Shown here one piece after another: positions 26,953 to 35,032 of a stretch of DNA of 37,204 bases. The notes beneath the pieces are model-generated. The model worked only from the letters and a program-made list of their open reading frames with translations. It ran no database searches and was not told the origin of the DNA. The position numbers and the translations under genes were made by a program. Origin of the DNA: a virus. How positions within the stretch are numbered: position 1 is the stretch's first letter; each line of letters opens with the position of its first letter. The stretch is from the UHGV virus genome UHGV-0014568. The stretch is one strand, 5' to 3'.

Positions 26953-27269
26953 AATTCACCCGTATAGAAACCATTTTCATGACGGTATGAGAGTATACCT
27001 TTCGGGTAATACCGTCACCTATACCGTCGAAAAATGTGGTGTAGAGTGAATAGATATGAGTAGATATAAACAAAAACCCTCTGCAATTACAGAGGGTTAG
27101 GGAAGACATTGAATAGATATGATGTGCTATGAACTAGCTATACATCATTCCCACTCAATTATTTACGAAAGCCATAACCAATTGAGTGATAACATTTTTC
27201 CAAAACCTCATTTTTTTAGTACCGTTTTATATACCGTCACCGGAAATCAGTACCATGAAAAATGCCATG
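26953..27269. other. Candidate attP region with arm-type repeats
   Basis: TACCGTC core four times (26981-26987 inverted, 27010-27016, 27022-28, 27232-27238), (T)GAATAGATATGA twice (27048-27059, 27111-27122), in the gap between int and Rz. Confidence 0.35.
27064..27098 (-). terminator. Rho-independent terminator ending the lysis/late transcript
   Basis: 9-bp perfect stem AACCCTCTG/CAGAGGGTT with 6-nt loop, followed on the minus strand by TTTTTGTTTAT. Confidence 0.65.
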
Positions 27270-27752
27270 CTATCTTGTCAGGGTGTCATACTGTTTTTCG
27301 CAGACTCTTCCGGCTTCGGCTGCCCGGTCAGCATACTCTGCCAGTTGTCTGTTTCTCTCGAGAGATTTGCTGAGCACGTCGGCAAGCAAAACTCCGGTGT
27401 CTGCGGCTGACGTCCCAGCGCCGACAATGGCGTTATACTGCCTGAGCTGCTCACGGATGGCAAAGAGTTGTTGCTGCAACCTGCCAGCGCGAACGGCAGC
27501 ATCAAGAGCATCATTGCGCGCCTGGTCGATCCTCTGCTGAGCTTCACGTTCATTGGTCGCTTTCTCCCGTTCGTACTGCTTACGAATTCTCTCATCTTCA
27601 GCTTTGCGGTCTTCCTTAGCCTGCGCATACCCGGCGTCGTACTGACGACTGCCGTGTGCATTCCAGGCTACAACTCCTGATATTACCAGAACAGCAAGCA
27701 TCACCATGATAACCAACTGTTTCCAGTATGCTTTTGCGAATGCCCAGATCAT
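27270..27752 (-). CDS. Rz-like inner-membrane spanin
   Basis: 160-aa ORF overlapping the endolysin stop; N-terminal TM ([18 protein letters not shown]) then charged coiled-coil region. Confidence 0.6.
   Translation of the reverse strand: MIWAFAKAYWKQLVIMVMLAVLVISGVVAWNAHGSRQYDAGYAQAKEDRKAEDERIRKQYEREKATNEREAQQRIDQARNDALDAAVRAGRLQQQLFAIREQLRQYNAIVGAGTSAADTGVLLADVLSKSLERNRQLAEYADRAAEAGRVCEKQYDTLTR
27278..27514 (-). CDS. Rz1-like outer-membrane lipoprotein spanin embedded in the +1 frame of Rz
   Basis: Signal peptide with lipobox ([13 protein letters not shown]), Pro-rich mature part; wholly inside the Rz gene. Confidence 0.5.
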   Translation of the reverse strand: MMLLMLPFALAGCSNNSLPSVSSSGSITPLSALGRQPQTPEFCLPTCSANLSRETDNWQSMLTGQPKPEESAKNSMTP

Positions 27753-28378
27753 ACCGCCAGCACCTTACTGGCAGTGATGTACCGCGCGCGCCGGTCGTCG
27801 ATGCCGTTCCGGCCACCATTGATAATCAGAGTTACACGTGCAATATCGCCGGTATACTTCATGCAACCTTTGCTGGAGAAGAACCACGCCGCGCTACGAG
27901 CCGCGTATTCGTCCTGCGCCAGCAGTTCAGGATTCTCCAGCAAGTCCACTTTCAAGCCGTTTCCGCAGTCACGATAGTTATTCAAACCGGTAATCTGGAT
28001 AAGTCCGCGACCTCGGTAATTCCAGCCATCACCAGGGGCATTGTTCCCCATGCGTTTGCTGTACACCAGATTGGCGATCGCTCTCTGGCGCTCAAGTGGC
28101 AACAGCGGTTCGCCTACGCGTCGCCCCAATGCGTTAGCCTGTCCCTGGGTGAGACGCCCAGCCCGAACGAAGTTAGCCAGTCCGGTGACGCTGTAGTTGA
28201 AATTTTCCTGCAACCGGGTGAAGCCCACAGACTCATGCCCGACCTGAGCAATAAACATTGCCTGATCTTCGGGTTTGCTTATTCCAAACTCTTTCATCGC
28301 TGAAGTTATATGCGAGAACCAGCGTGCAGCCAGTGCCTCGCTAATACCAGCAGCTCGCTGGAATTGTTTAATCTCCAT
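27749..28378 (-). CDS. Endolysin, glycoside hydrolase family 19-like
   Basis: 209-aa ORF with GAGG RBS; [16 protein letters not shown] motif typical of GH19-type lysins; no N-terminal signal-anchor. Confidence 0.7.
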   Translation of the reverse strand: MEIKQFQRAAGISEALAARWFSHITSAMKEFGISKPEDQAMFIAQVGHESVGFTRLQENFNYSVTGLANFVRAGRLTQGQANALGRRVGEPLLPLERQRAIANLVYSKRMGNNAPGDGWNYRGRGLIQITGLNNYRDCGNGLKVDLLENPELLAQDEYAARSAAWFFSSKGCMKYTGDIARVTLIINGGRNGIDDRRARYITASKVLAV

Positions 28379-28676
28379 ATTTAGACCTCGTTATTTTGAA
28401 AATCTGAACGACGTTACCGCGCGTTTTAATAACCGCAGCAAGCATGACAGCGTTGATAATGACCTCAGATAAATCCACAACCATTGGCGTGCGTAACCAG
28501 ATTGCATAAACAACACGAACAGGGATACTGGCCGCTGCAACAATCAGGAAATAAGCAAGCCACCCACCCCATCTCCTGTGTTGAGAACCGTTTCTCCGAA
28601 ATGTGGCAACTCGAACTGCTATACCGGCGCAAATAGCCGCATTGGTGATAAGCAAAAAAAGCTCATGAGTTACCAT
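28368..28676 (-). CDS. Holin (three predicted TM segments)
   Basis: 102-aa ORF immediately upstream of and overlapping the endolysin; three hydrophobic stretches; GGAG RBS. Confidence 0.5.
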   Translation of the reverse strand: MVTHELFLLITNAAICAGIAVRVATFRRNGSQHRRWGGWLAYFLIVAAASIPVRVVYAIWLRTPMVVDLSEVIINAVMLAAVIKTRGNVVQIFKITRSKYGD

Positions 28677-29067
28677 CGTCTTTTCTCCCCGGAATTAACT
28701 CGCGTGGATTATCGGAACGGTGATAGAGCCAGATTCCAATTCGCACTGCGACGATTGCTGACACAAATGCACCGGCAGAGAAAACAATCCCTTTCTCGAA
28801 AGAATCCTGTGTGATTGTAGGGATCAGGCTGGCTATGCCGATAAGAATTGATGCTGCTGGTTTGTAGAATAGAAGTCCGCATAGAAAGCTAAGCATCGAC
28901 AAAAGCACGCGACGACGAATTGGATACTCTACCGCAGAGGTAACAAAAATTACCGCCCCAGACAAAGACCCCAAAGCAACCTCAGGAGGAACACCGGCCA
29001 CAACCGCAATAAAAGAACTAACACTAAGCCACTGATTTAAAGACTCACTTGTTAGTTGAACTGACAT
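28663..29067 (-). CDS. Multi-pass membrane protein of the lysis cassette (second holin or antiholin candidate)
   Basis: 133 aa from ATG 29067 with GGTGG RBS (track's longer ORF starts at 29157); several hydrophobic segments; overlaps the holin start. Confidence 0.4.
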   Translation of the reverse strand: MSVQLTSESLNQWLSVSSFIAVVAGVPPEVALGSLSGAVIFVTSAVEYPIRRRVLLSMLSFLCGLLFYKPAASILIGIASLIPTITQDSFEKGIVFSAGAFVSAIVAVRIGIWLYHRSDNPRELIPGRKDDGNS

Positions 29068-29168
29068 AAAAACCACCGTTTCATGTGCATGAAGAACCCA
29101 CTTATTTGTGAGTTCATCATACACAATAAACCATATGTGGTTAAACCATAAAGACAACTATCTTGTCT

Positions 29169-31907
29169 TTATTGGATAATATGGAACGAATTTTTAACAT
29201 GAATAGTAGCAGAATTATTACTATTATTAATTAAAGCGATCTTCCCGCCAGAATATCCGGGAACAGCCTGTTGAACAGTTCCGCCAGTAGTGGGTTTAAC
29301 TGTTATTGTAGGTACTGACCCTGCCAGGCCAGCTGTAAGCTTGACCTCACCTGTCACATCGCAAGTCAATGTGCCGACAACAGTAAGAGCGCCGAAAAGC
29401 ATTGTTGAAATCTCAATTCCAGTTGAAGTTCTCTTTGCAACAACTCCGCTTTGTGAAGTAGGTTTATAGTAAAAAATCACTCCACAGCCAACAGGAATTG
29501 ATGATAAAGCAACGTTTTGAACATTTGGTGATTTAGTTGCACCATACATATCAGGAGATTCATCATTAGCAGTTTCTGCCGCATACGACAATAACAAATC
29601 AGCTCTATCCCTTACCTGCCCATATACTCCTTTTATTGCATTTTCAGCAAGATACACTGAAGCGCTTTGCGAGCATGACTCTTTCAAATCTCCTCTAAAC
29701 AACAGCCCTGGTGGATATACTTTTGATGGCGTACCATCGTAAATAATCTCAATCTGATTAAGTCCTTTTTTAAGGGTTCCAAGGTGAGTGGTTAGTTTGT
29801 TTGTAAACGATGAGACGCCATTACTAGCGATATTACCAGAACTAAATGCTGTATTACGGATATCTTGTTGTCGGATAGAGATGGAGTTAGCGCGACCGTT
29901 TGCAACATATGTTGGGTTATACGGCTCAAAAACAACCAATGATATATCAGAAGTTTCACACCAGACAAAATATCGTATGGTTAAATTTTCAGTAGCTGGG
30001 TAAACCACGCCCCAGCCAGTTAGACCATTTAGATACGTGTCTCCACTCAACCGCTCCATACCAACGCTGTACGTGCTACCAGACGGGAAGCCAAATGGCT
30101 GGATATCATTATCAACTGTTGGTACGAAGTTATTCCCTTTTTTCGCAGTGTGGACTCTATACGGCATAACAGCCTTTGCTGCATATGCGCCGATATATTG
30201 ATGGCCCAGAGGAGCAAAATGCGTGCTATCAAAAGTGCCATCTGTCGGGCGCCGAGCAATATCTTCAAGCGTATAGCTTCCGAGGTCTCTGTACATCTCG
30301 GTTACTGGCTGAGAGAGATCGAGGAACTCTACCGCAGGGAACAGGCGTTCAATATGCTTCTTAATTGATGCTTCGAGAGCCGCCCATTGTGAGCCATTCT
30401 GGTTCATTGAAACAACGCAGACGGCACATCCGTAACCCCATGCTTTACGGATAAACTGCTCAAAACGGAATAAATACTGATCGAACCCTAACGTATCAAG
30501 TTGTCCGTTATCGTTAACGCCCATGGATATGAAGCAAACGTCTGGCGGCACGTTTCCGTATGCAGTGTTTTTGAAGAAGCCATGGTCAAAGTTACGATTC
30601 GCCCACCCGTCAATGAGTCGCTTTCCAGAAGATGCGCAGTTTTCAGCCTTAAATATGTAAGCACTATTTTTAGTAAATCGGTTAAGCCAGTCGGTAAATG
30701 TGCGAAACCAAGAACCTGAACCACCATTACTATTGTGATCGTAGTTAGTTGAAGATAGGTCACCATTAGAATCGGTTGGATTAGCTGACCATCCAGCACC
30801 GTATGCGCCGTCAGTGATTGAATCACCAACGATACCAACACGACATAGCGTATTGCGGCGAGCGAACTGGTTTATTACGTTGAATGCAGTGTATTTACTG
30901 CCATGAGTTGCCAATCCAACATCAAATATGTGCTCATTCCCCCATGGATCTCTGGTGAGAATTTTTCCTTCACCGATAAATTTTGTCACATCATCATCTG
31001 GCAGGAAATTGCAGCGTAGCTGAACATCCTTCGGAACATAAATTTGTCCAGTATAAGCGTATACTGCAGCGCGGTTATCTGTCTCGCTATCAATGACTAC
31101 CCCAGGAACATATTTCACGGCTAATGCATCATTGCGATATTTACCGTTGCTTAGCTCTGTCCTTAATACAGCATCACCTACACCTATCCATGCCCCTGGA
31201 CCAACACCACCAGTAGTGGTAGGAGTTGATCCAGGCGGAACTACTTTGGGCAGTGGCCCATCCCATCTGTAGTATTCGCCGTTGCTTTCCCAGAGAAGAA
31301 CATCGTTAAGATAGATGATGGTATTACCCAACTCAAAAGATTTCTTCGTGTTATAGCCATACAATCCATTTTCTAAGGTTTCAATAATGGTGCTAAGTAT
31401 GGTACTAAATTTTGCATAAAGATCATCAGTATATTTTTTTGTAGCAGCATCTTGGGGAAGAGATGGATCACGAAGATTTCTAATATAATTTGAAAGCGCG
31501 TCATAAAAAATTGCTACGTCATTTGGCTTTCTTAAAGCCAACTTATCATTTCTTAATGATTGTTGAATGAGCATAGTAAGTTTATCAAACGCATCCTCAT
31601 GTACCTCAGCGAAGAACTTACCCTGATTACGTAAATCCGTTTCCTGAGTAGCTGGTAGTTCTCGTGATATAGATATCTGATGACCGTTAGCCAACGCCTT
31701 CGAGAGAATTACATTACCGCCGTTGTACCCTCCCGCTCCGGTGACGATGTAATCTGTATCAAGAACCAGTACGTTTATATTCTCGCTAATGTCAACAACC
31801 TGTACTACCAGATCTGATTTTTTGAAGATCCTAAATTTGTAAGGGAATGTCGTCGTAACACCATTGCCAGTGTATTCGTTGTGGTTAACTTCGGTTGAGA
31901 CCGTCAT
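29169..31907 (-). CDS. Tailspike/tail fibre with T7-type N-terminal attachment domain and SGNH (GDSL) esterase domain
   Basis: About 912 aa from ATG 31907 with GGAGA RBS (track ORF starts at 31949); N-terminus VNHNEYTGNGVTTTFPYKF resembles podovirus fibre N-terminal domains; SGNH blocks GDSITDG (Ser codon at 30819-30821), GVNDNG and DSTHF. Confidence 0.7.
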   Translation of the reverse strand: MTVSTEVNHNEYTGNGVTTTFPYKFRIFKKSDLVVQVVDISENINVLVLDTDYIVTGAGGYNGGNVILSKALANGHQISISRELPATQETDLRNQGKFFAEVHEDAFDKLTMLIQQSLRNDKLALRKPNDVAIFYDALSNYIRNLRDPSLPQDAATKKYTDDLYAKFSTILSTIIETLENGLYGYNTKKSFELGNTIIYLNDVLLWESNGEYYRWDGPLPKVVPPGSTPTTTGGVGPGAWIGVGDAVLRTELSNGKYRNDALAVKYVPGVVIDSETDNRAAVYAYTGQIYVPKDVQLRCNFLPDDDVTKFIGEGKILTRDPWGNEHIFDVGLATHGSKYTAFNVINQFARRNTLCRVGIVGDSITDGAYGAGWSANPTDSNGDLSSTNYDHNSNGGSGSWFRTFTDWLNRFTKNSAYIFKAENCASSGKRLIDGWANRNFDHGFFKNTAYGNVPPDVCFISMGVNDNGQLDTLGFDQYLFRFEQFIRKAWGYGCAVCVVSMNQNGSQWAALEASIKKHIERLFPAVEFLDLSQPVTEMYRDLGSYTLEDIARRPTDGTFDSTHFAPLGHQYIGAYAAKAVMPYRVHTAKKGNNFVPTVDNDIQPFGFPSGSTYSVGMERLSGDTYLNGLTGWGVVYPATENLTIRYFVWCETSDISLVVFEPYNPTYVANGRANSISIRQQDIRNTAFSSGNIASNGVSSFTNKLTTHLGTLKKGLNQIEIIYDGTPSKVYPPGLLFRGDLKESCSQSASVYLAENAIKGVYGQVRDRADLLLSYAAETANDESPDMYGATKSPNVQNVALSSIPVGCGVIFYYKPTSQSGVVAKRTSTGIEISTMLFGALTVVGTLTCDVTGEVKLTAGLAGSVPTITVKPTTGGTVQQAVPGYSGGKIALINNSNNSATIHVKNSFHIIQ

Positions 31908-31961
31908 GTTAAATCTCCAGATAGTCGCAGCACCCGTTGCGCCGCACATCCGGTCATTCTA

Positions 31962-32026
31962 TTACCTGAAAAACCACATATGGATAGATAACCCATAAAT
32001 ACGAACAGATATCACCTTTCAGGTAA
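31962..32026. promoter_or_regulatory. Long-range inverted repeat TTACCTGAAA ... TTTCAGGTAA with AACCACATATG motif between tailspike and the LexA-box gene
   Basis: Half-sites at 31962-31971 and 32017-32026 are exact reverse complements, 45 bp apart; AACCACATATG at 31972-31982. Confidence 0.4.
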
Positions 32027-32063
32027 TTCGCAAAACGTGCTGGATAGCAAACAAATTATTTGA

Positions 32064-32083
32064 TACTGTATAAATATACAGTT
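32064..32083 (+). promoter_or_regulatory. LexA (SOS) box overlapping a promoter
   Basis: TACTGTATAAATATACAGTT is a near-match to the LexA consensus TACTGTATATATATACAGTA; TTGATA -35-like hexamer at 32060-32065; 20 nt upstream of the ATG at 32103. Confidence 0.7.
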
Positions 32084-32102
32084 ATTGCATGGAGAAGATA
32101 AG

Positions 32103-32360
32103 ATGCAGCAGTATCACTATCCACTGGAAGACGGATTTACCGAAAGGATTCACACGCCGGGAGGCGTCAGGTCACTGGTGGAGGGATCGCACTTGATGAA
32201 ATTACTCCGGGATCTCGATAAGGATGGATTTAATGTCGATGGCCCACTTGCCGAACTGACTGCACTGATTAACTACGTCACCAGCTCACAGATGTCTATG
32301 CAGGATCTGCAAACACATCTCGACTATTGTGCCGAACAATTGCGAAAACAAACCACATAA
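32103..32360 (+). CDS. Small SOS-regulated protein, candidate antirepressor
   Basis: 85 aa from ATG 32103 with GGAGAAG RBS (track's TTG start at 32085 is less likely); opposite orientation to the flanking virion genes; no family recognised. Confidence 0.5.
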   Translation: MQQYHYPLEDGFTERIHTPGGVRSLVEGSHLMKLLRDLDKDGFNVDGPLAELTALINYVTSSQMSMQDLQTHLDYCAEQLRKQTT

Positions 32361-32382
32361 AGAAAAGGCCGCGAAAGCGGCC
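32351..32382 (-). terminator. Terminator-like hairpin GGCCGC-GAAA-GCGGCC with minus-strand U-rich tail
   Basis: Perfect 6-bp GC stem at 32367-32382; TTTTCTTTATG follows on the minus strand (end of internal-virion-protein transcript); no T-run on the plus side. Confidence 0.45.
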
Positions 32383-32383
32383 T

Positions 32384-32395
32384 GTGACATGTCAC
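32384..32395. repeat. 12-bp perfect palindrome GTGACATGTCAC (copy 3 of 3)
   Basis: Exact palindrome abutting the GC hairpin between two convergent genes. Confidence 0.8.
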
Positions 32396-32402
32396 GCTCA
32401 CG

Positions 32403-32543
32403 TTATGACAAACCTATGTACCCTGCCACACCAGATAATATCAAAACAACTGCAACAGCAAATTCACCATCACCAATGATACATTTACGGTTCATAACGC
32501 CAAGTGCAACAAGCGCAAACACAACAAGAATAAAAGCAATCAT
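32403..32543 (-). CDS. Possible 46-aa two-helix membrane peptide
   Basis: ATG at 32543 ten nt after the 824-aa gene stop, AGGA-type RBS; MIAFILVVFALVALGV...FAVAVVLILSGVAGYIGLS; below the track cutoff. Confidence 0.3.
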   Translation of the reverse strand: MIAFILVVFALVALGVMNRKCIIGDGEFAVAVVLILSGVAGYIGLS

Positions 32544-32552
32544 TTCTCATCC

Positions 32553-35027
32553 TTATTGCGGAGTGACATCCTGCGGTCGCCACCAGTATGTCTGATTAAA
32601 CTCTTTCTTCGAACGTTGCTCCATTTTACGCAAATAGCCTGGTGAAAAATACTCCTGCATCTGGTTAAAGATCATATGATCGAGAGCCGCCTTCAAGTAC
32701 CAGAGATTAGCACCTGGCATCAGCCCCTTCCCAAGCTTAACCAGATCACCACCAGTCTGCTCATTCTTCCCTTCCACAGCATTTAACGGTATGCCCTGAG
32801 CAATCTTCACTACGTCATCAACCAGACCAGCTACCGGGCCAAGCATCGACGCCAGCGCGCCGCTTCCGTACCTAGTGTGATCTGACAATAAAAAGTCACC
32901 GTAAAGGCCAAGACCACCACCTTTCAGTAGAGCACCAAGCCAAAATTTAGCAGCATCTTCCCCCGTCATCTCGCGAGGATTACGACCAGACGCAAGGTCG
33001 TTAAGTTGCTGCGACAAAGCGCCAAGAATGGTCGTACTGGCAATAAACGTCGCAATATATGCCGCACGCCCACCAGCAGACGGCATCCCCATAGCGCGTG
33101 ACCAGTGACGCATAACCACCGAGATAGGGAACGATTTAAACAGGAAAACACTTCTCGTTAATTCACCTTTCCATGTTCCACGCTGAATACCAGAACCTGT
33201 TATCAGTTGCTCACGTGCGCCAGGAGTGATGACCGCCATATCCACTTCTTCGGTCACCGCCCCGAGCAGTTTACGCATTGCCTCAAATTTCACGCGTTCA
33301 GGCTCACCAAGATGTTTAACTGCTGAATCAGGGATACGCATAATGCTTTCCGGTGTCAGCATCGTATTATTACCGTTACCCCAGTCCTCCTGTTGCGCCA
33401 GCTTCCATACGCTCCAGTCTGTGTCAGTAATCCCTTTGCTTTTCAGGATACGAAAATCAGAGTAATCGAGGCTACGAAGGTCTGGTGTCCGTGACACTAC
33501 TTCTCCCAGGCTTCCCATCATAGTTACGCCATAGGCGCGCTTGTGCGCATCTGACCATGCTGTAAGCCCACTGGCACGCATTACCGCCGTTGCCGCCCAA
33601 CGAGACACTGACGGCCCCATATTATCCATCGCCCAGCGGTTAACGCTGCCAAGTAGAGATTCCATCGCCAGACCAGCGCGGCGCGCCCGCGCAAGTTCTG
33701 TACGGTTCGTTGGGTCCATAGCTTCAAGCTGGTTGCGGAATAACTGGTTCATTGGAAGGTTGGTAACCTTCGCAGACAGATACATGGTTCCAAGATCAGA
33801 GAACGATGACAGCAACGCGGATCCGAGTCTGCTGGCAACCAGCCAGTTGCGGATATTGTCAGACCATCGCGCGATATGCGGATTCGCTACAGGCTGTGTC
33901 TTTCCGGAAATAAAGTTGTACAGATTCTCTGTGTTGTTCGCCAGCCGCTCGACTTTACCGGTTTTACTCGGGTTAGCTGTTGCCGTTTCTGCCTTCACCT
34001 GATCAAGAAGAGAGCGGAAAACATGATCGGGGTTTGGGCCATATGTTTCCACCAGTGCAATATCTTTACTGATACCTTCCAGGTGACCGACCATGATTTC
34101 CCATAGAGAGCGATCGCCATAAAGTTGCTGATATTGCAGATAGGAATCTGCATCTTTGAAATGTATCTGTCGTGATGCATTACCACGGTTAGCACGTGCG
34201 CCGGAAATTCGCATTCCGGTATCAGTAAGCTTATTCAGCCCACCAGTAGCGATCGTGTTATAAGCCTCTCCAAGAAATGCAGACAACTCGGCATCGTTCA
34301 TCAGTTGTCCATCGGCTCGGGTATAATATTTGCGATCCAGCTTACCTATAACATCGCTAACCCACTTATCCTTTGATACCGCCCCAACCTTTTCCATAGA
34401 ATGATGTTGAGGGATCCCCCAGTTTTCGAGATAGCCAATGTCCCCACCAGCATCATTAAACCGGCGGCGCAGCAGCTCTGTAACTTCTCTCCACGCCTTA
34501 GCACCTTTTCTTGCTTTAGCATTGCCAGTATTTTGCCCTCGCATTTCATATACCAGGTCACGCACGCCAGCTTCATCTTCAAACAGGCCAAAAAAGCGAG
34601 GATCAACTGCTTCAAATGCCTCTTGCAATTGACTCAATGCATAATCACGAGTGGCTTTTGTTCTGGACTCAACAGAGAGGAAATTCGATTTACCGTCTGC
34701 ATTAAAAGCAATAGTACGGTTAAGAGCGCCAAGCTTCCCATCAGCCCCTTGATAGCTATTGATAAATTTATCCAATCTCTGACGTGCGGCTATAGTGAGG
34801 GCCACACGACGTTTCTTTAATGCCGCTTCTCGCTGTAATTCTTCAGATGCCAATTGTGCTGCACGATATAGCCGCTCTGATTCGGGAAGTTGTCTCCACG
34901 ACATCGGGTCATCACGAGCAATGGAGCGCATATTTCGATAAATGCGGTCTTCAATGTTCTGTATTTCTCGCGCCGTTAACGTGCGCTGCGCCGCCTGCTG
35001 GACCGCTTGTATACATTCCTGTCTCAT
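32553..35027 (-). CDS. Large internal virion (core/ejection) protein
   Basis: 824-aa ORF upstream of the tailspike; large mixed helical protein; role inferred from position. Confidence 0.45.
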   Translation of the reverse strand: MRQECIQAVQQAAQRTLTAREIQNIEDRIYRNMRSIARDDPMSWRQLPESERLYRAAQLASEELQREAALKKRRVALTIAARQRLDKFINSYQGADGKLGALNRTIAFNADGKSNFLSVESRTKATRDYALSQLQEAFEAVDPRFFGLFEDEAGVRDLVYEMRGQNTGNAKARKGAKAWREVTELLRRRFNDAGGDIGYLENWGIPQHHSMEKVGAVSKDKWVSDVIGKLDRKYYTRADGQLMNDAELSAFLGEAYNTIATGGLNKLTDTGMRISGARANRGNASRQIHFKDADSYLQYQQLYGDRSLWEIMVGHLEGISKDIALVETYGPNPDHVFRSLLDQVKAETATANPSKTGKVERLANNTENLYNFISGKTQPVANPHIARWSDNIRNWLVASRLGSALLSSFSDLGTMYLSAKVTNLPMNQLFRNQLEAMDPTNRTELARARRAGLAMESLLGSVNRWAMDNMGPSVSRWAATAVMRASGLTAWSDAHKRAYGVTMMGSLGEVVSRTPDLRSLDYSDFRILKSKGITDTDWSVWKLAQQEDWGNGNNTMLTPESIMRIPDSAVKHLGEPERVKFEAMRKLLGAVTEEVDMAVITPGAREQLITGSGIQRGTWKGELTRSVFLFKSFPISVVMRHWSRAMGMPSAGGRAAYIATFIASTTILGALSQQLNDLASGRNPREMTGEDAAKFWLGALLKGGGLGLYGDFLLSDHTRYGSGALASMLGPVAGLVDDVVKIAQGIPLNAVEGKNEQTGGDLVKLGKGLMPGANLWYLKAALDHMIFNQMQEYFSPGYLRKMEQRSKKEFNQTYWWRPQDVTPQ

Positions 35028-35032
35028 TTAAT

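Noticed and set aside
27728-28303. 191-aa plus-strand ORF
   Set aside because: Antisense to the endolysin gene; Arg-rich shadow frame.
32329-32595. 88-aa plus-strand ORF
   Set aside because: Overlaps the end of the LexA-regulated gene and runs antisense through the 46-aa peptide and the 824-aa gene stop; no RBS.
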